Numbered from the stretch's first letter, positions 1-12,660 are shown. The stretch is 64,000 bases of DNA from Octopus vulgaris (GCA_951406725.2 OX597821.1:89776001-89840000); one strand, 5' to 3'. Notes: generated by a model not told the origin, from the letters alone. A program made the numbers and translations.

Positions 1-810
1 CTAGAATATTCTGGTGGTGGTGGTGATGATGGAGACTGTTCTCATTGTTTATTTGTTCTAAGATTTATTCTGGAAGAGAGTAATTCTTTTCAATTTTTGT
101 TTATGTTCTTTGAGGACATTTCAATTTTCAGGCAATGTTCTTTTTTGAGTCTTTTTTTTAAAAAAAAAAATACAAAAATAATTTTATGTTGATTATAAAG
201 GTGTTCGGGGTGCGGTTCTTTCTTCCGTTTTAGACAGAACTCAGAAAGTATCTGGCCATTATTGGATGACAAATGACAATTAATTTTTTCGGCTCAGTCC
301 ACAAGTAACACATTAGCTTAGTTTAATAGATATCTCCGATAAAACGAGTCTATTGAACCAGTGCTGCTATATATTGTAATTCATTTTGGCATTTTAATAT
401 GCTGTTAATGTGTGTGGAAGGGAAAACAAAAGCTAAAGATGACTTTTATTGTCTTCTCCAGACGGCTTGCTATCAGAGTTTTTCGCTATATGGGTGTGTC
501 TGACATTATATGTGACATCCTATATCTAAGTCTGTATGTATATGATAATCATATGAACATGTGTGTGTGTGTATGTGTGTGTATACTGTCACTGACATAT
601 AATGGGTGGCTGGTTAGGGTTGTTCTTTGTGTTGTTAGTGGAGAGAAAAGAAGACAAGGAGAAGAATCTGAGAGTAACTTTATTATTATTTCAATTTTTT
701 TGCTTTTTTTTTTATGTATACTTTTTTCTATTTTGTTTTGAATTTAAAAAAATGTAATATGGTACAAATTGATAGCTGAAAAACGATATCACTTTTGAAT
801 AATTTTGTGT

Positions 811-856
<46 letters not shown>

Positions 857-1296
857 GTGTGCATGCGTGTGTGTGTGTACTCACACTCAGATGAATATGG
901 GTGGAGGCATGTGTGTTTTATACATTAATTAATGATTAAAAACAAGTTTATTTTATTAAAAAAATAGCCAAAGAAAATAGGATATAAATATGTTTAATGT
1001 ATACACACACATGCACACACACTCACACACATACATGTGCATACACACACATGCACATATACATACACACCAACCATCCACACATACACACACACTCACA
1101 CATACAAAAACACACAGATAAATACATATAAATATAATTGCATAGATGTCTTAATAGGGCCACTTCCTATTATATTTAGTGATAAAAATACCGAACTAGA
1201 TGAAACAGAATATATTATAATACAACAAATATTTATAATATTTATGGTGTGGGAGGAAAGGCAGTGAAAAGAAAGAAAAAGTATGCAACTTTTGAG

Positions 1297-1344
1297 ATGA
1301 TGGTGACAATGATGGTGGTGGTGATGATGATGATGATGATGATA

Positions 1345-1396
<52 letters not shown>

Positions 1397-1487
1397 CGAC
1401 GATGATGATGATGATGATGATGATGATGGTGGTGATGGTGGTGGTGGTGATGATGATGATGATGATGAGGATGATGATGATGATGAT
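1297..1487. repeat. (ATG/GTG)n trinucleotide microsatellite
   Basis: Directly visible; explains the poly-H, poly-M and poly-I ORFs. Confidence 0.95.
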
Positions 1488-1763
1488 ATACGACACTACA
1501 AAACCCACATGTACTATTGTTGATCATATTTGTTGAGCTGTTTGATTGTGCATTTCTCTTGTGTGGCACAGGTGTTGACTGCAATGGATCAGCAACATTA
1601 ATTAAGCTGGTCGTTGATGATGATAAAGATGATAATGATGACGATGACGATGATGATGATCTATTTCTTCTTTGTTGCAGTGTTTTTATAGAGAATATGA
1701 TACTGATCTTTTCGTTATTGTATCTATCAGTTTCAGTGTTTACACACACACACAAACACACAC

Positions 1764-1964
1764 GGTAACGGAGGACCTCTCCGAAACTCTCAGGTCTGCA
1801 GGTGGTCGGTCTGCACAGATGGAATCATGAATGGCTCGCTATCTCCAGTGACCTCGCACAGGACCGTCGAGCGTGAGCTGCCATGGTTCGTGATGCTGTC
1901 TGGAACAGAGAAGAAGCCGGCTCAACCTGCCCTGGGTGAACACCATCACTAGTACAAGTAAGTA
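1764..1964 (+). mobile_element. RTE-clade LINE 3' end fragment
   Basis: Translates to WLAISSDLAQDRRA*AAMVRDAV, resembling the RTE C-terminal 'DLAQDR..W' motif, and ends in a short CAAGTAAGTA tail. Confidence 0.6.
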
Positions 1965-2029
1965 CACGCACACACACACACATGCACACACAAAAACAAA
2001 CTAACAAACAAACAAATACACTATACATA

Positions 2030-2434
2030 GGCGCAGGAGTGGCTATGTGGTAAGTAGCTTGTCTACCAACCACATGGTTCTGGGTTCAGTCCCACTGCGT
2101 GGCACCTTGGGTAAGTGTCTTCTACTATAGCCTCGGGCCGACCAAAGCCTTGTGAGTGGATTTGGTAGATGGAAACTGAAAGAAGCTCATCCTATACATG
2201 TATATATATATATGCATATGTGTGTTTGTGTGTCCCCCTAGCATTGCTTGACAACCGATGTTGGTGTGTTTATGTCCCCGTCACTTAGCGGTTCGGCAAA
2301 AGAAACCGATAGAATAAGTACTGGGCTTACAAAAGAATAAGTGCCGGGGTCGAGTTGCTCGATTAAAGGCGGTGCTCCAGCATGGCCGCAGTCAAATGAC
2401 TGAAACAAGTAAAAGAGTAAAAGAGAAAAAGAGT
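2030..2434 (+). mobile_element. SINE family A (tRNA-derived head, internal TA/TG microsatellite, (GTAAAAGA)n tail)
   Basis: A-box-like TGGCTATGTGG and B-box-like GGTTCAGTCCC; more than 12 similar copies in the window. Confidence 0.9.
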
Positions 2435-2859
2435 ATTTGTGTGCTTCATTTACTAAAATTGCTATAATTTTTCAAGATGTATGTACCTAGTGCTCATTTC
2501 TCGCAGAAAATTCACCTAGAATTGTTCCACTGAAGCTCACAAGACAATCCCCATTGCAGCTTATCATTTCAGACCACACACCAGTGACCTAAAAATCCTC
2601 ATAGTTCCTACATTCCATTTTAAGGCATTTTGGACACATCGTTGCAAGCATGTAAATCTCTTGTCCATTATTATATATCCTCAATAAGTCATTTTGTTAA
2701 GTATGCTTCTTCACCTTTTTCAGTAAATGAAGGTATAGCGGCTAACCAAAGAGAGAGCCTCTATGCTATTACTCAAACTGATGTACTTGTAAGTAGCAGG
2801 AATATTTATCCGAAAGCATGCTTTGTATCCTAAGAAAGGAAGGACACATTTTACAACAT

Positions 2860-3029
2860 GGAGTGGCTGTGTGGTAAGTAGCTTGCTTACCAGCCACATG
2901 GTTCTGGGTTCAATCTCACTGCGTGGCACCTTGGCCAAGTGTCTTCTACTATAGCCTCGGGCCAACCAAAGTCTTGTGAGTGGATTTGGTAGACAGAAAC
3001 TGAAAGAAGCCCATCTTATATATGTATAT

Positions 3030-3067
<38 letters not shown>

Positions 3068-3281
3068 ACGTGTGTGTATATGTTTGTGTGTTTGTCCCCC
3101 TAACATCACTTGACAACTGATGCTGGCGTGTTTACGTCCACGTAACTTAGCAGTTCGGCAAAAAATACGGATAGAATAAGTACTAGGCTTACAAAGAATA
3201 AGTCCTGGGGTCGATTTGCTCGACTAAAAGGCGATGCTCCAGCATGGCTACAGCCAAAATGACAGAAACAGGTAAAAGAGT
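2860..3281 (+). mobile_element. SINE family A copy
   Basis: Colinear with 2030-2434. Confidence 0.9.
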
Positions 3282-3294
3282 AACCTATATTTGA

Positions 3295-3505
3295 GAATGT
3301 ATCGTGAGTTGATAGTGAGTGACCAAGGTTCCAAGCCTAAAGTGATGTCCTGCATTGCCAAAACAACCGCAGCAATGATCAAATTCATAACATTGTAGAA
3401 AGACAGAAATATCTCACTGAGTTCCAAACAAGCTAATGAGATCACTGGTGATCATAATATTTCTGTATGCTTGTGAGACATGGACACTGAAAGAAACTGA
3501 AAGGG
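3295..3505 (+). pseudogene. RTE/BovB-type LINE reverse transcriptase C-terminal fragment
   Basis: IVSDQGSKPKVMSCIAKTTAAM...DRNISLSSK/LMRSLVIIIFLYACETWTL, with a stop and a frameshift. Confidence 0.8.
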
Positions 3506-4555
3506 TTTTTCTTACGTATAGTCATTTTCTCTTCAGTAAATTCATTTTGTGAAATTTATCCATAATTTCTTTTCTGTGCATCTGTAAAAACAACCATTAG
3601 ATTTCCTTTTCCTTTTTACTTTCTATCCCCAGATAAAAGGCAACCTTCAATTAATTGAGAAGTTTTTGCATGCATCATTTAATACTTAATGAAGCTAGCA
3701 TATTGAGGTTCCCTTGTCTCAAGTGTAACATTATAAAATGTGAAAGGGGTTTAGGCTGTGTTAGGTATTGGTGAGTATGTGCAACTGCTCATGATATGAT
3801 AAACTTGCTACACATTGGATTCAATCAACAAAAACATGTGGAACTTGATATAACGAACTAGGAAGAAGTTAGGAATCACTCTCTCCTCCACAGTGGCTGA
3901 AGAAAATATCGCCAGTGAGTAAAATTTATCAGGTTTAGGCATCCACTACCTGGATCTTATCAATTTTACTTACCCCTCATAATTCTATCCCATATATTTT
4001 GTTAGGTCCGAGACAATCCATTTCCTGGTTTAACATTTATGTACCTTTAGCAGAATCCACTCTGGTGTATGCATTCAAAGCAGCTTTAACTTTAGAGCAC
4101 CCCACTCTTCCCCTATCGTAATTCTCTGACACCCTAAAAAAAGGCCAAGGACACTGTTCTCTCTTCTCAAGGAGTGACAAAAACGTCATAATTTGAGTCA
4201 GGGCCCAAATCCACAATAGCAAGCCGTCCAAATATATTTGGGTGAGTTTTGACAAAGTCTAATTCTACAGTGGTTTCCCCAGTTTTCACAAAAGGAATTA
4301 AAATCAGTATTTTCCATTCTGTTTTCTAATGACTTAGTCCACTTTGTAGAAAATAGATATCAGTGGGTAGAAACAATTGATCTTTCATTGAAAGCTGTGC
4401 CTACTTTGTGACACCTGCTTTCAGCTATGCTGGAGAATCAATAATTTTGGCCATGAATAAAATTATCAGTAGAGAGACAAAAATTCCCAACATTTCATTC
4501 AATTTTCTGGTATTCTAGTAACCAGGCCATCTATGCTCTATATGGCATAGGATAT

Positions 4556-4885
4556 ATAGTATATTTTAGTATAGTATAGTATAGATAGTATTGTAAAGTA
4601 TAGTATAATATAATATAGTATAGATAGCATAGTATAGTATAGATAGTATAGCATAGTATAGTAAACTATAATATAGATTGTATAGTATAGTGTAGATAGT
4701 ATAGTATAGATAGCATACTATAGTATAGTATAGATAGTATTGTATAGTAAGGTTTAATATAGATAGTATAGCATAGTAAAGTATAGTATAAATAGCATAG
4801 TATAGTATAGATAGCATAGTATAGTTTAGTATAGTATAGTATGCTATAGATGGTATTATACAGTACAGAATAGTATACTGCAGTA
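4556..4885. repeat. Degenerate (TATAG)n pentanucleotide satellite
   Basis: Directly visible. Confidence 0.9.
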
Positions 4886-5019
4886 TGGAATAATGCATTA
4901 TGGTTAAATATATAGCATACTATATAAAAGAATGGTACAACATAGTTCTGTATAGTATACTTAAATTTGGGACAATATAGACCAGTATAGTATAATATAC
5001 TTTACTATTCTATAGAATA

Positions 5020-6104
5020 TGAGGGATACCCAAAATTAACTGGAAACGTTCTCTGTGGGACAAACCCATTGTAGTTCAGGATTCTGCTATTAGAAGCCAC
5101 TTGATGTGACACTCAGGCATCAGTCTGCTGATCAGCGTCAACGGGTGAAGTCGTTCTGCCATGTGATGCATCTTTGTTTGGCAGTGCTTCTCCCCTGACC
5201 GTTGATTTTTGCTGGAGAAAACAGCAGCCAAAACAGTTGTCATGCTTCAGACAGCTTACAAGGAAGTTACCATGGACGAAACAAATGTTTATGAGTGGTT
5301 TCCACACTCTAGGAATGGTCAGTTATCGCTTAACCCTTTAGCATTCAAACTGGCCATATCTGGCCAAAATATTTAACCTGTTTTATATTGAAACTGACCA
5401 GATCTCGCCTCTCACCTCAGCCCTACCATGTCATTCTAAAACTCAAAAAAATCACATTACTGAAATCTCTAAACTACAAGATAATGCAGGATTAATTCAA
5501 ACCATTTAAAATAAACAAACATCATATTTGACAGAATAATCTGAACACTAAAGGGTTAAAGACCAACCTCACTCAGGACAACAGTCAACCTCCTGAATGA
5601 ATGAAAACATCATCAAAATTCATGAACTGATCATGGAGGACGATTACTAAACAATTGACGAACTTGTTAACAGAGGACTGGTGAGTCCTGGAACACCTGA
5701 AAACGAATTTTGAGTAAGGAATTGTGAATGAAGGGAGTGGCAGCAAAATTTGTGCCTCGCTTGCTCACAGAAGATTAAAAGCAGTCATGACTGAATACAA
5801 GGTGTGAACTTAAAGAACTGTTCAAATTTGGTCTGGACCTTTTTGTGAAGGTCCAGATCCACTGGTGACAAAAGCTGGTGCTATGAAATTTGCAGGTGTG
5901 GAAGAAGTGAAGACAAACATGACGGAGACGTTAAATGGTATGACTTAGCAAGAGTTCCAGCACTGCTTCGAATAGTGGAAAATGCACCTGGACTAAAACA
6001 TTGCTTCAAATGGAGAATATTTTAAAGGTGATATAAGTGTAAACATGTAAAGCTAAGTGAATAAAATAATATTGCAAAATTCCTGTTTCTTTTGGGTACC
6101 TTCC
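5020..6104 (+). mobile_element. Internally deleted, decayed mariner transposon
   Basis: Remnants EKTAAKTVVMLQTAYKE, VYEWFPHSRNGQLSL, AAKFVPRLLTED and TGDKSWCY; weak inverted termini GAGGGATACCCAAAA / TTTTGGGTACCTTC. Confidence 0.75.
5334..5555. mobile_element. piggyBac-type MITE inserted in the mariner
   Basis: TTAA|CCCTTTAG...CTAAAGGG|TTAA; the mariner reading frame resumes across it. Confidence 0.9.
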
Positions 6105-6204
6105 ACCCTCATACCAAGTCAAATAAAATATTTCACCTTGCCACAAAGTAAAGGAGAATACTTCCATTTGAGGAAGAATCCTTTGATGGACAACATTACC
6201 CAGA

Positions 6205-6529
6205 ATTTACATTATTTGCATTATTCACATTCAACAGATATTTGTCCTCATCTTGTTTGTTGTTAACACAATGTTTCAGCTGGTATACCCTCCAGCCTTC
6301 TTCAGGTGTCATGGGGAAATTTAGAACCTGGATTCTCATTCCTAAGGTATTTTTCAATGTTGTTGTTGTTGTTGTTCTTCTTCTTCTTATCATCATCATC
6401 ATCATCATTATTATTATTATTGTTATGGTTCAGGTCATTGCTTGGAATCGAACTTGGAATCTTGAGGTTAGTAGCCTGCACTCTTAACCACTATGCCATA
6501 TGCCTGTGGGTATATGGCATAGTGGTTAA
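6205..6529 (-). mobile_element. tRNA-headed SINE carrying a hammerhead motif (copy 1)
   Basis: Minus strand: A box TGGCATAGTGG, B box AGTTCGATTCC, (AAT/GAT/AAC)n spacer, hammerhead, TGTAAATAA-like tail; homologous to 40839-41197. Confidence 0.8.
6265..6310 (-). ncRNA. Minimal type I hammerhead ribozyme-like motif
   Basis: GACAC-CTGAAGA-A-GGCTGG agggtata CCAGCT-GAAA-CATT-GTGTT; stem III decayed (CG to CA). Confidence 0.65.
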
Positions 6530-6835
6530 TAATTCTGATCCTTTTGCAAGCATTTTGTATTTACTATTTTCCTTCATGAACCACCAGTCATTCCTTCACA
6601 TTCTTCTGTTTTAAATATTCTCTAGTTGAAGACTTAATCTATCACAAGTCCAGTCCTTTGCTATATTTAGCAGCGTCTACTCTTTTGCAAGCATTCCGGT
6701 CTGGTTTCTAGCAGGAGATTACATTCCTTCCTCTCCATAACTAATTTCAAAAGCCTTGTAAAAGGTCATGGATGTTTCTTTTGTTCATGGTTTAGCGTTT
6801 AAGGCAATGTAAGACAATAGAATAAAACAGAAGCA

Positions 6836-7265
6836 AAGGTGTGGCTGTATGGCTGTGTGGTCATGAAGTTTAGTACTCAACAATGTGGTCTTGGGTTCAG
6901 TCCCGTTGCATGGCACCTTGAGCTAGTGTCTCTTACTGTAGCCATAGACCAACCAAAAACCTTGTCACTGTATTTGCTAGACAGAAATTGAAAGTTGTCC
7001 ATCATGTGTTGTGTGTGTGTGTGTGTATGTGTGTGTGTGTGTGTCTTTGTGCTGTGTTTGTCCTCCACTGGCGCCTGTTAGATAACATCCCCACGACTTA
7101 ACGGTTTGACCAAATAGATTGCTTTTCAAGTGCCAGACTCATGAATAAATGCCGGGGGGGGGGGGCAATTTGTTCAACAAGAAGAAAAAAAAACAAAATT
7201 CAAGAATGCACTCCAGCATGGCCGCAGTCCAGCAAACTGAAACACATAATAGATAAAAGACAAAA
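6836..7265 (+). mobile_element. Diverged SINE family A-related copy
   Basis: Same head, core and tail order with many substitutions. Confidence 0.75.
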
Positions 7266-7667
7266 GGCTATATATGTTTCAGTATAATATTATAGTGTTT
7301 AGACAACGCAGAACAGTCTCAAGCATATAAATTTCAACACTTAGACACTCGATACAGAATGCTTGTCTGCCTTCCTTACTCAACTACTGGAGATGATGAT
7401 GAGGACGACAACGATGACATTGAACTTTCTCCTCCTCCCATCCTAACCTTCCCACTTTAATACAGTTCACAAGTAAACAATCATGGCTGCTAAAGCACTA
7501 GATAATTTGTTCAACAACAATGACAGGATATTCAACGAACCAAGTGTAATGTTTCCACGGATGTTTCTACTAGAGCACGGAAAGATCTAGCTGTAAAATG
7601 TCTGACTGTCTTTTTCTTTTTGCTTTTTTTTTTACAAACACTGCTATTGTTTACTTGAGTTTATTTA

Positions 7668-7799
7668 TCATCGTCATCATCATCGTCATCATCATCGTCA
7701 TCATCATTATCATCATCATCATCATCATCATCATAGTTCTCACCATCATTGTCAAGATTGTCATCATCATCATCATCATCACAGTTCTTACCATCATCG

Positions 7800-7842
<43 letters not shown>

Positions 7843-8140
7843 TATCATTGTCATTGTTATCATCATTGTCATCACCATCATCATCATCATCGTCATCATC
7901 ATCAGCAGCAGCAGTGGCTCTGGTAGCATCATTGTCATCATCATCATCATCATCATTGTCATTCTTATCGTCATTGTCATCACCATCATCATCATCATCT
8001 TCATCATCATCGGCATTGTCATCACACCATCATCATCATCATCATCGTCATCATCATCATGAGCAGCAGTGGCTCTTGTAGCATCATTGTCATCATCAGC
8101 ATCATCATCATCGTCGTCATCATCATCATCATTCTCATCA
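7668..8140. repeat. (CAT)n-rich microsatellite block
   Basis: Directly visible. Confidence 0.95.
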
Positions 8141-8796
8141 TCTTTACCATGACCACTGACATCATCCTCCTCACTTTCAAAAGCGTTGCATCAGTCGGTG
8201 CTTTTATCCTGTATTTTTTTTTTTTATCCATTTTCGTTTGGTTTTGTACGTTTATGTATATTTACCTATTTTACTCATTTATTTTTTTGTCTACATTTAA
8301 ACCACCCACACACAGTCTGATGTATATATATATATGTGTGTGTGTGTGTATTTGTGTGTGTGTGCATATATATGTCAACACGTGTGTAGATTCACTAGTA
8401 TATATTTTTATTTCATCAACCACTGTTTAAGATCTTGCTCTCACTAAATTCTTTACCTTTTTGTTGTTTTCATATTGTTTTAGTTTTGTCGTTGTTTACT
8501 CTTTGGGGAATATTTAGTATTTTGTTCATCTATATATTATTCTAGTTTACATAATGTTGTTTGTTGTTTACGCAGTACCTTTTAGTGTTTACTTATTACT
8601 GTTTGTTATTTACTTGGTATTACGCGTTGTTTATTTACATTATTAAATTACTGATGTATTTATCATCTTCATCATCTGTTTCTCTGCAGTCATTGTATAT
8701 TATCAATATTCATTAATAATGTATTAAGTAAGTAGATCAGTGAATAGAATTGTAAATGAGCAAATGTGTATATATATATATATAAGTGCACAATTA

Positions 8797-9556
8797 ACCC
8801 CTTTAGTAATTAAATCAGCCATATTTGGTCAAAATATTCTACCTGTTCTTCGTTTACACAAATCGGAACTGGTCCCCTCACTGCTACCTTTCATAGTCAT
8901 TCTAAAAGCAAAGAATCACATCACTGAAAGCTTGAAGTTATGAGATATGCATGATGGATTCAAAACTATTTTTATTCTTTTATTGGTGATGGTGCAATGT
9001 AAAGAATTGGTGATGATGCAATGTAAAACATAGTGGTGATTATGCCTCATAAAAAGCACCTACTACGATCTGGTTGATACAAGGAAGGACATCAAACTGT
9101 AGAAACAATTGCCAAATCAGACCACAGAACTTGTTTCAGCCATTTTACTGAGGCCATGCTGGAGCACCACCTTTAGTCAAGCAAATCGACTCCAGGACTT
9201 ATTCTTTGTAAGCCTACTGCTTATTCTATCGGTCTCTTTTGCTGAACCGCTAAGATATGGGGACATAAACACACCAGCATTGGTTGTCATGAGATATTGG
9301 GGGGAAAACACAGACACATACACACACACACACTCACACATATATACCATGGGCTTCTTTTCAGTTTCCGTCTACTAAATCCACTCACAAGGCTTTGGTC
9401 AGCCTGAGGTTATAGTAGAAGACACTTGCCCAAGGTGCCACACAGTGGGACTGAATCTGGAACTATGTGGTTGGTAAGCAAGCTACTTACCACACAGCCG
9501 CTCCTGTGAGTAAATAAACATTACTTTTGACAGAGTAATCTGAATGCTAAAAGCCT
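8797..9556. mobile_element. Second piggyBac-type MITE copy split by nested SINE insertions
   Basis: TTAACCCCTTTAG start homologous to 5334-5500; the 3' part (GACAGAGTAATCTGAATGCTAAA) resumes at about 9510. Confidence 0.7.
9146..9507 (-). mobile_element. SINE family A copy
   Basis: Reverse complement of the family A consensus. Confidence 0.9.
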
Positions 9557-10085
9557 AAGCAAAAGTGAATAATAGAAGTATTTTTTTTATAAACTGAAAA
9601 AACTGCAAGACCCTGAGTCAGTGGTTAAAGATTCTTGCTTAGTTTGTGTGATACACACAGAAGCATCATGTCTCTTTGTCATGCAAAGCTTTAGCTGTTT
9701 TTAGGTCCAGTAAAGGGTGTTTTGTAACTCAGAGCTTCTAAATAAGAACAAGTACTTAGTCTTTATTTCATTTCAGATTACCTCTCAGGTTTGCTATCAC
9801 TAGTCTAGCTGAGTATATGTATATTGCCCATTGTGATCTAGTAATGGAAGTAGCTATGACTGTTTGCAGCTGGCAATAACTACGATGTGCTTTTATGTAC
9901 CACAAAACTGTATGAGAGTTTTTCTATCTTGGATAATATCGTAGTGTTTGTGTGTTCTAACTAAACATCTACTTTTAAGTAGTGAATATTTTACCTTTTG
10001 GTATTAATATTGCTTCTGTCACTCTCTCTCACTCTCACTCTCTCTCTCTCCACACATACACACACATATATATATATATAAAATG

Positions 10086-10358
10086 CAGTGTACATTTAAA
10101 CACATAAGGAATCCACTCATGGGATTCAACATGCTAGAAAGAACAGCTAGGTTCTATAACCACAAAATTAGTGATAAAATTTGACAGGAATGAAATGATA
10201 AAATAAAAACATTTTACCATTAGATGGTAAAATGTTTTTATTTTTTCATTTCGTTCCTGTCGAATTTTATCCTTTATTTTATGGTTATAGAACCTAGCTG
10301 TTCTTTTTAGTGTGTTGAATCCCGAGAGTGGATTCCTTATGTGTTTAAATGTACACTG
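10086..10358. repeat. Long palindrome (about 135-bp arms, 3-nt loop)
   Basis: CAGTGTACATTTAAACACATAAGGAATCC...ATTTTACCAT tag ATGGTAAAAT...GGATTCCTTATGTGTTTAAATGTACACTG. Confidence 0.95.
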
Positions 10359-10552
10359 TATGTTATGACTAATACATAGTCTTTGGACTAAATTTTTACA
10401 TGCTAGGCCACTGGAAATGAAAATTTCTATTAATTTCCATTCCCCTTTGATAAGATTAAATATATATATATATAGAACGCCATGTTGGATTCTTAGCCCC
10501 TACACGCAATTTTTTTCTCTCCTTGTTTTTCTCCTTGTTTCTTTTCTGTGTA

Positions 10553-10590
10553 TCTTTCTGTCGAAGAGCGTAGACTCGAAACGTAAAAGA
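10553..10590 (+). ncRNA. Variant-core hammerhead-like motif in a 210-bp (TA)n-flanked module (10475-10685)
   Basis: TCTTT-CTGTCGA-A-GAG cgtaga CTC-GAAA-CGTA-AAAGA; core A6 replaced by U. Confidence 0.55.
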
Positions 10591-10771
10591 CTTGTTTTAT
10601 TTCTATTCCTGAGCGCCATACTAATACATTGTTTGTTTGTACTCCACCCGCCTTCGTCTTTTGTTTATTTTCGTAAACCTTCCCGTTATATATATATATA
10701 TATATAATTTTTGTTCGTAATGAGATAAAAAACAAAGGCTGTGTAGATTTTAGAACATTTATAGATAGAAA

Positions 10772-10819
10772 GTCTTACAGCTGTTTCCAGGATATTTATT
10801 ATATCCCTTCATCAGAGGC
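10772..10819 (-). ncRNA. Minimal type I hammerhead motif
   Basis: GCCT-CTGATGA-AGGGATAT aataa ATATCCTG-GAAA-CAGCTG-TA-AGAC; palindromic stem III, GUA site. Confidence 0.75.
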
Positions 10820-10922
10820 AGTGTGAGAGGATGGTTAAATAATAGTTCCACCAAACCTGGAACTTAACTATGGTCTATCTATAGCACTACCTGACATTTT
10901 TGGGTCTCAATGACACCATTAC

Positions 10923-10996
<74 letters not shown>

Positions 10997-11089
10997 TTAT
11001 ACATATATATATGTATGCTTATATATGTATATGCATGTATGTATATACATATCTGTGTGTGTGTGTGTGAGTGTGAGGTCATCTCATAA

Positions 11090-12165
11090 GTAGCATCCAG
11101 ATTTTAAATAAGGAAAACAAGTGATTGAATCTTATATTTTAATGAAACTTTATTGTCAGTATAGTTTCCATGATTATCTATGACATATTTCCATCTACTC
11201 ATAAGCTTTTTAATCCCATTAATGAAAAATCTTTTGGTTTCAATGAGAACTCTGAAAAGTCAGTTTCAATTTCCTCAAGTGCTTCAAGAATTAATCCATC
11301 CAAATGATTCTGTAAACTACAGAGAAAATGGTAATCTGAAGGAGTAAGATCTGGAGAGTAAGGTAGATGAGCAATTTTCTCCTAGCCAAGTTCCACGGTC
11401 TTCTTTGACATGATCTTTGCAGTGTGGGGTCTTGCATTGTTCTGATGAAACACTATACTCTTTTGATCCACTAAAGCAGGCCTTTTATTCTTCAGAGTAG
11501 CATTTTTAAATGCTCTAATTGCTGACAGTAGATTTGAGCAGTGATTGCTGCATTAATTGGTAGCAACCCAAAGTGGATGATTTCTTTGCAATCTCACCAA
11601 ACAGAGAGAAGAACCTTCTTTGCATGGAGTTCCCTTTTCAGTTGTGGTTGAGCCTTTTTCCCTTCTCAAACCAATGTCAACAATGCCTAGCATTTTGATT
11701 AGAAAAACCCATTTTTCATCACCGGTCACCAGTCTGTCCAAAAAGGGTGAGATGAGTTCACGAGAACAATGAGAAGAACAGATGTCCACTTAGGATTTGT
11801 GCTTGGCTTCAGAAATATCTCGAGGCACCAATTTTCCAAGTTTTAGGACCTTTCCAAGATGGTGATGATAAGTTGTATGGCTTGAATGAAGCTTGCTTGG
11901 CAATCCTTCAACTGAAACTGCATGATCTTTTTCTAGTTTTGCCAAAAGGAGATTGTCATTGAACTCAATTGGACATCCTGTTTGGACCTCATCTTCAAGA
12001 CTGAAATCTCCTCTTCTGAATTTTACAAACTATCCCCTGAAAGTTCTTTCATTCAGGTACCCTTTTCCATAAGCTGAGAGAATATTTTCAGTCGCTTCAG
12101 CTGCAGAGTTCCGTTTTTAAACTAATAAAGCATCACGTGTCTCAAATGCTCCTTAGACATATACA
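11090..12165 (-). mobile_element. Decayed mariner (DD34D-type) transposase
   Basis: MSKEHLRHVMLY.., PFLDRLVTGDEKWV and HLPYSPDLTPSDYHF motifs with stops and frameshifts. Confidence 0.9.
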
Positions 12166-12193
12166 TATTTATATGTATGTATGTATGTATGTA

Positions 12194-12660
12194 TCATCAT
12201 CATCATCGTTTAACGTCCGTTTTTCCGTGCTAGCATGGGTTGGACGGTTCGACTGGGGTCTGGGAAGCCAGGGGCTGCACCAGGCTCCAGTCTGATCTGG
12301 CAGTGTTTCTACAGCTGGATGCCCTTCCTAACGCCAACCACTCCGCGAGTGTAGTGGGTGCTTTTTACGTGCCACCTGCACAGGTGCCAGGGGGCGTCTG
12401 GCATCGGCCATGATCGGTTGATGCTTTTAACGTGCCACCGGCATGGAAGCCAGCCAAGGCGGTGCTGGCATTGGCCACGTTTGGATGGTGCTTTTAATGT
12501 GCCACCGGCATAGAAGCCAGTCGAGGTGGCGATGGCATCGGCTACGTTCAGATGGTGCTTTTTATGTGCCACCGGCACAGAAGTCAGTCGAGGCAGCGCT
12601 GGCAATGGCCACGTTTGGATGGTGCTTTTTATGTGCCACTGGCACAGGTATCACAGGTAT
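12194..12660 (-). mobile_element. SINE family B ((ATG)n tail, internal ~57-bp tandem units)
   Basis: Shared CATCATCGTTTAACGTCCG...GGATGCCCTTCCTAACGCCAACC body plus about five GGTGCTTTT.AYGTGCCACCGGCA units. Confidence 0.85.

Noticed and set aside
1096-1761. 221-aa Ser/His-rich ORF on the minus strand
   Set aside because: Mostly microsatellite; the unique middle part has no recognisable homology, though coding cannot be fully excluded.
3880-4480. Possible LTR-retrotransposon gag/protease relic
   Set aside because: Only vague motif resemblance; not supportable.
12350-12650. CRISPR-like array of repeats and spacers
   Set aside because: Spacers are related to each other, units sit inside a dispersed SINE, the context is eukaryotic and there are no cas genes.
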